Shown here: positions 20,051 through 28,052 of the stretch, in pieces | Layout: every line of letters starts with the position of its first letter | Position numbering within the stretch: the first letter of the stretch is position 1 | Assembly: GCA_964425485.1 (NCBI GenBank) | Contig: CAYRML010000002.1 | Location: forward strand, 1-44,855 | Source: an uncultured Peptococcaceae bacterium | Lineage (GTDB): Bacteria; Bacillota; Dehalobacteriia; UBA4068 | DNA length: 44,855 nt | Direction: 5' to 3' | Made by a program: the position numbers and the translations under genes | The notes under the pieces: model-generated | Seen by the model: only the letters and a program-made list of their open reading frames with translations | Told to the model about the DNA's origin: nothing | Databases searched by the model: none

Positions 20051-21535
20051 TTATTTTGCGTCTAAAAGTTGATGCAGCAACTCCCTGGCCACTTCTCGAT
20101 CGTCGAAATGCAGTACCTGGCCCATAACCAGCTGATAGTCCTCATGGCCCTTGCCGGCAATCATAATCAGATCGTCTTTGCCTGCCATCTTGATGGCCGC
20201 CTCAATAGCCGCGCGCCGGTTTTCCTCGCACAGATAACGTCCGCCACCTTCCTTAACCCCAACTTCGATCTCATCAATGATGGCAAAGGGATCCTCGGTG
20301 CGCGGATTATCGGAAGTGATGATGGCAAAGTCACTCATCTGGGCTGCGATTTTGCCCATGATGGGACGCTTGGTACGGTCGCGGTCGCCGCCGCAGCCAA
20401 AGACGCAAATCAGATGGCGCGGATTCAGCTCACGTGCCGATGTCAGCACATTCAAAAGTCCGTCCGGCGTATGGGCATAGTCCACCACCACTTTAAAATC
20501 CTGTCCTTCGTCCACCAGCTCGAAACGGCCCGCCACCTGCGGCACTTTGGCCAAATCAGCCGTGATTTGCTGCAAAGGCAGCCCTTCGGTCAAAGCTACC
20601 GCCACGGCCGCCAGGGCATTATAGATATTGAATTTACCAATCAGCGGCACATGCATTTGCCGTTTTTGCCCTTGATAGATAAAAGAAAAGTCCGTGCCGC
20701 CGGCCGTAAAACTAAAGTCGGCTATCTGCAGCGTGGCGCCTTCTTTCATGCCATAAGTCCAGGTCGGCACTTGGGAAGCGGCCAAAAAATATTCAGCTGC
20801 CGGATCGTCGATATTGACAACGGCATATTTGCCAGCTTCGGGCTGGAGCAGGGAAAAGAGCTTGACCTTGCTGTCGCGATAATCCTCCCAGGTCAAATGA
20901 TAATCCAAATGATCCTGAGTCAGGTTAGTAAAAACCGCGCCGTCGAAATCGCAGCAGCAAACCCTGCCCTGCTTTAAGGCATGGGAAGAGACTTCCATGA
21001 TCACATTTTGACAATTTTCCTCCTCCATAATGGCCATCAGCTCGAACAGCTCTAGTGATTCCGGCGTGGTGTGGGAGGAAGGCAAAATTTTGCCGCCCGA
21101 TTGATTGTTGATGGTGCCGATAAGTCCGCATTTGCTGCCGGAACTTTCCAGCAGCCATTTGATGAGCTTGGTGGTAGTGGTTTTGCCATTGGTGCCGGTG
21201 ACGCCGATGAGGCGCAGGCGCAGGTCGGGATGACCGAACCAGCCGGCAGCCAGCAAAGCCAAAGCCCGACGGCTGTTCCTAGCCAAAAGCAGCGGAAAAC
21301 CGGCAGGCAAGCCTGCCACTTCGTGCTCGGCCACGGCGGCGATGGCGCCTCTATCCACAGCCTGCTTAATATAGTCATGTCCGTCAGCCTTCTCGCCGGA
21401 AATAGCGACAAATAAAGAGCCCGGATGCGCCTTACGGGAATCATAACAGATGCCGCTGATTTCCGCGCCGCCGTCAAAGACATTAGGATTGAGCAGAGAA
21501 TCGCCTAAACAGGCTATAAGTTCTCCTAATTTCAT
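20051..21535 (-). CDS. murE: UDP-MurNAc-L-Ala-D-Glu--2,6-diaminopimelate ligase (DNPR motif, meso-DAP type)
   Basis: Contains GVTGTNGKTTT and SDNPRTEDP; DNPR is the determinant associated with meso-DAP-adding MurE. ATG at 21535 (MKLGELI...) has GAAGGAGG upstream. Confidence 0.95.
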   Translation of the reverse strand: MKLGELIACLGDSLLNPNVFDGGAEISGICYDSRKAHPGSLFVAISGEKADGHDYIKQAVDRGAIAAVAEHEVAGLPAGFPLLLARNSRRALALLAAGWFGHPDLRLRLIGVTGTNGKTTTTKLIKWLLESSGSKCGLIGTINNQSGGKILPSSHTTPESLELFELMAIMEEENCQNVIMEVSSHALKQGRVCCCDFDGAVFTNLTQDHLDYHLTWEDYRDSKVKLFSLLQPEAGKYAVVNIDDPAAEYFLAASQVPTWTYGMKEGATLQIADFSFTAGGTDFSFIYQGQKRQMHVPLIGKFNIYNALAAVAVALTEGLPLQQITADLAKVPQVAGRFELVDEGQDFKVVVDYAHTPDGLLNVLTSARELNPRHLICVFGCGGDRDRTKRPIMGKIAAQMSDFAIITSDNPRTEDPFAIIDEIEVGVKEGGGRYLCEENRRAAIEAAIKMAGKDDLIMIAGKGHEDYQLVMGQVLHFDDREVARELLHQLLDAK

Positions 21536-21603
21536 ATAGATTCCTCCTTCGCTATTCCCCCGATTATCGACATATCTCAAACATTGCCTATCAATTTCTG
21601 GTA

Positions 21604-23748
21604 TTAGGGTCCGCTGCTGGCCGTGGTATCTGGCTCGCGGAATTTAACGGAGACAACGGTACCGGCAGCGACTTCCTTGCCGGGTATAGGGTCTTGCTCA
21701 TAAGCCTCGCCGGAAGTACCGGTTGCAGCAATCGAGAGGCCCAGACAGCCCAAAAGTTGTGTGCTCTCACCCAGTCTCATACCCGTCAGATCCGGCACAG
21801 TGATCTTACCGGAGCCGCTGACTTCTCCTAGGCGCAAGACAACCGTAGTCCCGCTTTTCACCGTGGCATTACCGGCCGGTGTCTGTGATTTAACCACGCT
21901 ACCCGAACCGGAGGTTTGCGGCTCCAGCCCTAGCGTTTTTAAAGCCTTAACGGCATTATTGGCATTGACATTGGTAAAATCAGGCAACTCGACTTTTTTA
22001 ACCTGGTTGCTGCCGGAGGAGCCTTTTTCCTGGGAAAATTCGGGCACCACACCCATATAATGCAGCGTATCTTCAACCACTGTCTTAAAGACGGGGGCCG
22101 CCACCTGACCGCCCTGATAGAGATAACCGCTGGGCTCGTCGAGTATAACCAGGCACACAATCTGCGGATCATCCACCGGTGCGATACCGATGAAGGATGC
22201 TACGTATTTGCCGTCTATGTAGCCACCGGCTCCGGCCTTTTGCGCCGTACCGGTCTTGCCGCCCACGCGATAGCCCTCGACATAAGCCTTGCTGGCCGTG
22301 CCTTCGGAAACAACTTTTTCCAGCAGACCGACCAAAGTTTTGGAAGTATCTTCGGATATAACCTGGCGCACTTTCTGCACCTCAAAATCCTGGACAATAT
22401 TACCTTCCTGATCTTTAACCTGATAGACCAGCTGCGGCTTCAGCAGGGTGCCGCCATTGGCCACAGCAGAGACGGCAGTCACCATCTGGATGGGTGTAAC
22501 GGCGATACCTTGGCCGATGGCGATGGTGGCGATATTGATGCGTTTGAGGTTTTCCTCGGCGATCATGATGCCGGAAGCCTCACCCGAGAGATTGATACCG
22601 GAGGTTTTACCATAACCAAAGGCCCTGATATATTTGTAAAAAAGTCCCTTCTCTTTATCTTCGATGCGCAGCCCCACCTGCACAAAACCGGGATTGCAGG
22701 AATTTTGGATGATCTCGGGAAAAGTCTGAAGACCATGAGGGTTATAGCTGCGCCAGCACTTGATGGTCTCGGAGCCAACCTTGGCATAGCCGGGATCATA
22801 AAAGGTGTCTGTTAGTTTGACCACATTTTCCTCCAAAGCCACGGCCGCCGTGATAATCTTAAAGGTGGAACCTGGCTCATAGGAATCGCTGACCAGTATA
22901 TTACGCATATCGGAAGAAGCGTATTGCTGATAATTGTTGGGGTCATAACCGGGTCGGCCGGCCAGAGCCAAAATCTCGCCGGTATTAGGGTTCATTATAA
23001 GGATGGCCGCCTTTTTGGGAGCGCCGTCCGCAGCCATCAGCCGATCCAACTCACGCTCACAGAAATACTGGATGTTTTCGTCGATAGTCAATACGATATC
23101 ATAGCCGTCCTTAGCTGGTGTATATTCGCTTTTGCCCTGCTGTATCTCCTGATTGCGGGCATCATATTCGGCCGTGATGCGGCCGGCCACCCCGGCCAAA
23201 GTACCATTATAGGAATACTCGACGCCCTCCAGCCCATCATTGTCGATGCCGGCAAATCCCAACACATGGCAGGCCAGCATATCTTTAGGATAATAACGCT
23301 GCGTCTCGTTGACGATACTGATACCGTCAAGATCAGCAGCCTCGATTTTTTCCGCCTTGTCGAAATCAGCCTTGCGCTTGATCCAAACAAAAGAGTTTTT
23401 GGAAGTGATCTTTGCCAGCACATCATCATATTTCAAGCCCAAAGTTTGAGATAAAAAAGTGGCAGTTTCTTCAGCATTTCCCGCCTTTTTGACCTCCGTA
23501 GGATTAGCCGCGATGGAGTCTGCGGTCACGCTGATGGCCAATTTGGAACCATTCCTGTCATAGATTGTCCCTCTGTCAGCGGAAACAGCCAAATCCCTAG
23601 TACGAAGCTCTTCTGCTTTTTGCTGCAAGTCACTGCCCTGCACGAACTGCACATATGCCAACTTACCCAACACCAAAAGGAGCATAACCAAGATAACGAC
23701 CAGCACTATGGCGATTTTGCGTCGAGTATTGATCTTAACCGGTGCCAT
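21604..23748 (-). CDS. Class B penicillin-binding protein (FtsI/PBP2B/SpoVD-like) with two C-terminal PASTA domains
   Basis: N-terminal TM, transpeptidase motifs STFK, SCN and KTGTA, and two PASTA-like repeats (VELPDFTNV...VVLRL and ITVPDLTGM...VSVKF). Confidence 0.9.
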   Translation of the reverse strand: MAPVKINTRRKIAIVLVVILVMLLLVLGKLAYVQFVQGSDLQQKAEELRTRDLAVSADRGTIYDRNGSKLAISVTADSIAANPTEVKKAGNAEETATFLSQTLGLKYDDVLAKITSKNSFVWIKRKADFDKAEKIEAADLDGISIVNETQRYYPKDMLACHVLGFAGIDNDGLEGVEYSYNGTLAGVAGRITAEYDARNQEIQQGKSEYTPAKDGYDIVLTIDENIQYFCERELDRLMAADGAPKKAAILIMNPNTGEILALAGRPGYDPNNYQQYASSDMRNILVSDSYEPGSTFKIITAAVALEENVVKLTDTFYDPGYAKVGSETIKCWRSYNPHGLQTFPEIIQNSCNPGFVQVGLRIEDKEKGLFYKYIRAFGYGKTSGINLSGEASGIMIAEENLKRINIATIAIGQGIAVTPIQMVTAVSAVANGGTLLKPQLVYQVKDQEGNIVQDFEVQKVRQVISEDTSKTLVGLLEKVVSEGTASKAYVEGYRVGGKTGTAQKAGAGGYIDGKYVASFIGIAPVDDPQIVCLVILDEPSGYLYQGGQVAAPVFKTVVEDTLHYMGVVPEFSQEKGSSGSNQVKKVELPDFTNVNANNAVKALKTLGLEPQTSGSGSVVKSQTPAGNATVKSGTTVVLRLGEVSGSGKITVPDLTGMRLGESTQLLGCLGLSIAATGTSGEAYEQDPIPGKEVAAGTVVSVKFREPDTTASSGP

Positions 23749-23826
23749 AAATTACACTCCTTGACAATTATTGCCTCTATTCATCCCAACCCTTCATCAC
23801 AAATAGGATCCTTGGCAGCAAAACTT

Positions 23827-24351
23827 TCAGCCGTCGATCCCCAAAAGGGATGCCAACACATCCAAAAGAGAGCCGCCGGAGCCCGCCTGGTCCGCTACCG
23901 CCGCATCATTGGCTGCCGGCTGGGAGGTAGTAGCAGCGGCTGCCTCGGCGGTAGTCAAACCAGCATTGTAGTCTATATAAATGATATCTGATGATTGCAA
24001 ATTGACCATGCCCAATTGATTAACAGCATATTCTTCGATGCGATTCAAAGAGCTAAGCTGTTCCACTTCCAGCTCCAGCTTTTGCGATTGGCTCTCCATA
24101 GCCGTGATCGCCTCTTTGGTTTTATTGATCTCATAACCGACAGAATTTACCTGGGCCTCGGCCATGACACAGCAAAAAAGCAGGGCCAGCACCACCGCCG
24201 TAATGATGGCAATCAGCTTGCGGTCTTTGTGTAGGACTTGCTGCTTTTTACGCTCTTTGGGCATCACTTGCAAACCAGGATCTTGCTGCTGCCCCTTAGG
24301 TTCCGGCAGGCGTAAAGCGGTGGATGAATTTTGTCTTTTGACTGCTATCAC
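23827..24351 (-). CDS. ftsL: FtsL-like cell division protein (single TM plus coiled coil)
   Basis: Position between rsmH and the pbp gene. TM is LIAIITAVVLALLFCCVMA, followed by a heptad-like segment. GTG start is preceded by AGGAGG plus 9 nt. Confidence 0.7.
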   Translation of the reverse strand: MIAVKRQNSSTALRLPEPKGQQQDPGLQVMPKERKKQQVLHKDRKLIAIITAVVLALLFCCVMAEAQVNSVGYEINKTKEAITAMESQSQKLELEVEQLSSLNRIEEYAVNQLGMVNLQSSDIIYIDYNAGLTTAEAAAATTSQPAANDAAVADQAGSGGSLLDVLASLLGIDG

Positions 24352-24390
24352 TCTATGCGACCTCCTTCACGATTATGCTCTGCTACTCTT

Positions 24391-25332
24391 TTATAATTTT
24401 TCCGCTACACGCAGCTTGGCGCTGCGGGCACGTGGGTTAGCTTCGATTTCCTCATCCGTAGGTATGATAGGTTTACGATTGACCAGTCTCACGCTGGCCT
24501 TATGTCCGCAAATACAGATCGGTGTCTTAGGCGGACAGATGCAATCGGTCGCCAAAAGGCGGAACCTGTCCTTGACGATGCGGTCTTCCAGTGAATGGAA
24601 GGTGATGACGGCCAGCCTGCCACCTGGTGCCAAGGCCGAGGCAGCCGCTTCTATGGCCCGTTCCAGTACGGCCAATTCGTCATTGACAGCGATACGGATA
24701 GCCTGGAATGTGCGCTTGGCCGGATGCTGATCTTTCTCGCGCGCACCCTGCGGAATGGCCGCCTTGACGGCTCGCACCAGCTGAGAGGTGCGCTCTAGCG
24801 GCTCTTGTTTCCTGGCCTCCACGATCATCTGCGCGATCCGCTTGGCCCACTTTTCTTCACCGTATTTATAAATTATCTCCGTCAACTGCGCTGCATCATA
24901 GCTGTTGACCAACTCCCGCGCACTGAAAGGCTGGGAGCGATCCATACGCATATCCAATGGCGCATCCTGCATATAGGAAAAACCTCGTTCCGGCTCGTCC
25001 AGCTGATGAGAGGAAACGCCTATATCCAGCAAAATCCCTTGCGGCGCGCCCCAGCCTACTTCTTGCACAACCTGCTGCAACTGGGCGAAATTAGCTTTGA
25101 CGATGCGTGTACGTTCGGCAAATGATGCTAAAACCAGGCTGCCGGCTGCGATGGCCTCATCATCCTGATCGATGGCGATCAGACGGCCGTCCGGCGCAGA
25201 TGCTGCGAGAATTGCCCTACTATGGCCGGCGCCGCCCATGGTGCCGTCCACATAGAGTCCGCCGCTTCGAGGTGTCAAGGCCTCGATGACTTCTTGCAAG
25301 AGCACTGGCTGATGCCAGAAAGTTCCACTCAT
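24391..25332 (-). CDS. rsmH: 16S rRNA (cytosine1402-N4)-methyltransferase
   Basis: Contains HQPVLLQEV, DGTMGGAGHS, GILLDIGVSS.QLD and ITFHSLEDRIVK. Confidence 0.95.
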   Translation of the reverse strand: MSGTFWHQPVLLQEVIEALTPRSGGLYVDGTMGGAGHSRAILAASAPDGRLIAIDQDDEAIAAGSLVLASFAERTRIVKANFAQLQQVVQEVGWGAPQGILLDIGVSSHQLDEPERGFSYMQDAPLDMRMDRSQPFSARELVNSYDAAQLTEIIYKYGEEKWAKRIAQMIVEARKQEPLERTSQLVRAVKAAIPQGAREKDQHPAKRTFQAIRIAVNDELAVLERAIEAAASALAPGGRLAVITFHSLEDRIVKDRFRLLATDCICPPKTPICICGHKASVRLVNRKPIIPTDEEIEANPRARSAKLRVAEKL

Positions 25333-25343
25333 GCCGTCACCGC

Positions 25344-25787
25344 CTAAAAAGTGATATCCAGATCAAGATCGGCCAATTTTTCTGCCACTTCTTCATATTG
25401 TTGGCCGGCCTTGTCACTGTATTGCTGCCAGATTTCCTGATCCCAAATTTCTATGCGGCTGGATACGCCGATGATCACGATATCCTTGTCCAACCCCGCA
25501 TACTGACGCAGATTGGCCGGCAAAAGAGCCCGCCCCTGCTTGTCCGCGCTGGTTTCTATCGCTCCGGAAAAAAAGACACGGGCAAAAGACCGGGCGTCGG
25601 CTCTGGTGGAGGAAAGTTTTTGCAAGTTGGCAGCCACCTTTTTCCATTCAGCCATAGGATAAACAAAAAGGCATTTATCCAGGCCTTTGGTCAGCACAAA
25701 ATCACTTCCCAATTCCGCACGGAATCTGGAAGGTATGATGATGCGGCTTTTTTCGTCTATGGAATGTTGATATTCTCCCATGAACAT
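25344..25787 (-). CDS. mraZ: Transcriptional regulator MraZ
   Basis: Starts MFMGEYQHSIDEKSRIIIPSRFR, with a second SpoVT/AbrB-like repeat (DKQGRALLPANLR). Confidence 0.95.
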   Translation of the reverse strand: MFMGEYQHSIDEKSRIIIPSRFRAELGSDFVLTKGLDKCLFVYPMAEWKKVAANLQKLSSTRADARSFARVFFSGAIETSADKQGRALLPANLRQYAGLDKDIVIIGVSSRIEIWDQEIWQQYSDKAGQQYEEVAEKLADLDLDITF

Positions 25788-25838
25788 ATGGCTTGACCTC
25801 TTATTATGAATTGTGTGGTTATAGTTTGTGAAGCATTT

Positions 25839-25873
25839 TCCACTTTACTCCACTTTACTCCACTATGATTATA
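25839..25873 (-). promoter_or_regulatory. dcw promoter -10 element plus three 10-bp-phased AGTGGA direct repeats (candidate MraZ operator)
   Basis: Minus strand reads TATAAT (25873-25868), CAT, then AGTGGAGTAA AGTGGAGTAA AGTGGAAAAT (25864-25839). Direct GTGG/TGGG-type repeats at 10-bp spacing near the mraZ transcription start are the known MraZ binding architecture. Confidence 0.6.
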
Positions 25874-25997
25874 TTCTATTCGTTATGCCTGTTCCTTTTC
25901 CTTTTTTTTAAAGTAACTTTTTAAATATTTTTTCATTATTAATGGATAAAAAAACAAACATATACGACAAAAAAGAGGCTGCTGCGGCGGCAAGACA

Positions 25998-26032
25998 CAA
26001 AAAAAGACCCCGATTCATGATCGGGGTCTTGC
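25998..26032 (-). terminator. Intrinsic terminator after the TPR-like gene
   Basis: AAGACCCCGAT-N4-ATCGGGGTCTT (26005-26030), followed by TTTTTTTG on the minus strand. Confidence 0.7.
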
Positions 26033-26056
26033 TTTTTTCGGATAAAAAGACGAAAT

Positions 26057-26779
26057 CTATTCGGTTGTGTCTGTAGCTGTCGCGTCTTGGCCTGCTGCAT
26101 CTTGAGCGGCCGCAGCAGCTTCTTGCTCATAGGCTGTCCATTGGGCTATGATATTATCCACGGTAGTGCGGTTAGCATCATCCTGGGGCAGGGATTCTTT
26201 GTATTCGTTAAGAAAAGCCACGGCGGCATCCAGCCCTTCCAGGCCATAGATAACATAAGCATACTGATAATTGATCTCGATATCGCTGGGCGCCAATTTT
26301 AAGGCGCTGACAAAAGCTGCGCGGCTGGGGTCATTTTCGCCGGCGAAGAAGTACATAAGTCCTTGAGAGGCATAAATATCGGCCTTACCCTTATCATTAA
26401 GTTCGGCCGGCGCCGTATCCAAAGAACCCTGATAATATTTAGCGGCTTGGGACGCGGCAGAGGCCATATTGGCCGAGTCATTCAGTTTCAAATAAGCTTC
26501 GGCCAGGGACTTATAGAGTTCAGCCATATTTCTATTTTCCGAGAAGGTCCATTTAGCGCCCTCCGGTTTTGAGGCATCAGTGATAGCTTCTTTCAAAGCA
26601 TCGACCTGGGCCTGAATATTAGCGCCATCGGCGCCGGTGTTCTTCAAAGCGCTGAAATCTGTTTTATTGGCACCCATAAAAGCAAAAGAGGATACCAAAC
26701 CAGCAGCTAAAACAATAACAACAATCAATACCACTTTGCGATGGCGCTTAATACCCCTTCGCATATCTTCCATTGTCAC
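26057..26779 (-). CDS. Hypothetical membrane-anchored helical-repeat (TPR-like) protein with an acidic Ala/Thr-rich C-terminal tail
   Basis: N-terminal basic stretch plus TM (VVLIVVIVLAAGLVSSFAF), then Ala/Tyr-rich helical repeats (AEAYLKLND, AAKYYQGSL, ALKLAPSD). GTG at 26779 is preceded by GGGAGGG plus 8 nt. No family could be assigned with confidence. Confidence 0.6.
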   Translation of the reverse strand: MTMEDMRRGIKRHRKVVLIVVIVLAAGLVSSFAFMGANKTDFSALKNTGADGANIQAQVDALKEAITDASKPEGAKWTFSENRNMAELYKSLAEAYLKLNDSANMASAASQAAKYYQGSLDTAPAELNDKGKADIYASQGLMYFFAGENDPSRAAFVSALKLAPSDIEINYQYAYVIYGLEGLDAAVAFLNEYKESLPQDDANRTTVDNIIAQWTAYEQEAAAAAQDAAGQDATATDTTE

Positions 26780-26883
26780 GGATAAGTCCCTCCCAAATTC
26801 TTGTATTACAGTCAATTCCTTGAATTTTGCTATAACATATCAATTATAGCCGAAATCCTGTCCAAAGGCAAGGGCCTTTTACC

Positions 26884-27102
26884 TCAGCCTCTATCACGGC
26901 CGCAAGCCGCAGCATGCGGGCAAGAGCCGCCACCGGCGCAAACAGATTCTTTATAACAATGGCTGATGCGCAGGGAGCTAAAGATTTGCTGCTTTTGCTT
27001 ACTATGACAGTCGGGGCAGGCAACTTGTTCCCTATCGTCCATGGAACACCTGATATTATATTCGGCTTGGCAATGCAAGCAACGAAAAGTATAATTCGGC
27101 AT
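26884..27102 (-). CDS. FmdB-family zinc-ribbon protein (CxxC...CxxC) with a Cys/Gly-rich tail
   Basis: Sequence is MPNYTFRCLHCQAEYNIRCSMDDREQVACPDCHS...CAGGGSCPHAAACG, 72 aa. ATG at 27102 has AAGGAGG plus 6 nt upstream. The 158-aa track ORF is an artefactual 5' extension overlapping fur. Confidence 0.7.
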   Translation of the reverse strand: MPNYTFRCLHCQAEYNIRCSMDDREQVACPDCHSKQKQQIFSSLRISHCYKESVCAGGGSCPHAAACGRDRG

Positions 27103-27127
27103 AACCATCCTCCTTGGCGGTGACAAC

Positions 27128-27161
27128 TTTTTCAAAGCTAGGACTGTTTTTTCAAAGCTAG
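27128..27161. repeat. Tandem-like direct repeat TTTTTCAAAGCTAG x2 (21-bp period) spanning the fur stop codon
   Basis: The two copies lie at 27128-27141 and 27148-27161. The second copy contains the fur TAG stop. Confidence 0.5.
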
Positions 27162-27565
27162 AAATGTTTTTTGAGGCAGTCCTGGCAAATACCATATACT
27201 TCCAGTCGATGCGTATGCACGGAACCGGGAGCTGCCGGCAGGATGAGAGAGAGCATGGCTTTATTGTCCAGATTAAAATCCAGCACACAACCGCAGGATT
27301 CGCAGACAAAATGATAGTGCAGCTGAGGGTTGCCGTCATAACGGCTCTGATTCTTGCCATAATTCAGCTCCTGTATCTTGCCCTCTTCTTTCAACACCTG
27401 CAAATTGCGATAGACCGTGCCCAAACTAATATCGGCAATGTTTTTGCGCACCGACTGATAAATCCAATCAGCCGTAGGATGACAAGTGGTAGAAGCCAAG
27501 GTATCCATAATCAGCTTCTTCTGCTTGGTCATCCTTTTCTGCTTAATTTCCATGAAACCATACAC
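27158..27565 (-). CDS. Fur-family metalloregulator (Fur/Zur/PerR; subtype not resolvable)
   Basis: wHTH (TKQKKLIMDTL...LGTVYRNLQVLKEEG), HYHFVCESCG and a C-terminal ICQDC (two CxxC pairs). Confidence 0.85.
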   Translation of the reverse strand: MYGFMEIKQKRMTKQKKLIMDTLASTTCHPTADWIYQSVRKNIADISLGTVYRNLQVLKEEGKIQELNYGKNQSRYDGNPQLHYHFVCESCGCVLDFNLDNKAMLSLILPAAPGSVHTHRLEVYGICQDCLKKHF

Positions 27566-27577
27566 CTCGTTTCAGCT

Positions 27578-27988
27578 TCAATTCAATATCTGGGGGGTTT
27601 TCAGAGCGATATTTTCCTCGGACCACAATTCCAAATCCTTACCGAGAATCTGCTGCACCTTGGTCAAAAGGCTGTAAAAGCGCGTCTCCGCATATAAAAA
27701 ATCGCTGATGATGGGCTCTTTAGCCAAATCCTGATAAATCTGCTCAAAATCCTGCGTATCCTCGATAGAATCCTCACCGTATAAAGTGGCCAAATGCAGC
27801 TGCAACTGCTGTTGGCGAAAATCGGCCAACAAATAGGAGCAGTCTTTATTTTTCTGCAAATTTTCGCGCGCTTTGTTGTAGGCAGCAAACTCATCGCTCT
27901 GAGCCAATAATTCCGCCAGCTTATTAGCATAATAGTTGATGTCGTCACGCACATTGGAGCCATTGGCGGATTTGTTTTCTTTTGTCAT
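27578..27988 (-). CDS. YlbF/YmcA (Ric, Com_YlbF) family protein
   Basis: 136-aa all-helical protein. The pattern ANKLAELLAQSDEFAAYNKARENLQKN....LLADFRQQQ...IISDFLYAETRFYSLL matches the YlbF/YmcA family profile as I recall it. Confidence 0.6.
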   Translation of the reverse strand: MTKENKSANGSNVRDDINYYANKLAELLAQSDEFAAYNKARENLQKNKDCSYLLADFRQQQLQLHLATLYGEDSIEDTQDFEQIYQDLAKEPIISDFLYAETRFYSLLTKVQQILGKDLELWSEENIALKTPQILN

Positions 27989-28011
27989 AAAATATCACCT
28001 ACTTTGCCTAT

Positions 28012-28040
28012 ATCATAACATTTATATTGAACATTATCAA
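28012..28040 (-). promoter_or_regulatory. Promoter for the ylbF-like/fur/fmdB genes
   Basis: Minus strand reads TTGATA (28040-28035), a 17-nt spacer, then TATGAT (28017-28012). The -35 region reads TGATAATGTTCAATAT, a partial Fur-box resemblance. Confidence 0.45.
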
Positions 28041-28052
28041 TAGCAATTATTA

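Noticed and set aside
25939-26130. 63-aa minus-strand ORF between the TPR-like gene and mraZ
   Set aside because: It spans the 3' end of the TPR-like gene and its terminator hairpin. It is AT-rich, Lys/Phe-rich low complexity with no RBS.
26884-27360. 158-aa version of the ORF containing the FmdB zinc ribbon
   Set aside because: The first 86 codons overlap the fur-family CDS in another frame. A strong AAGGAGG RBS sits in front of the internal ATG at 27102, so only the 72-aa C-terminal part is credible.
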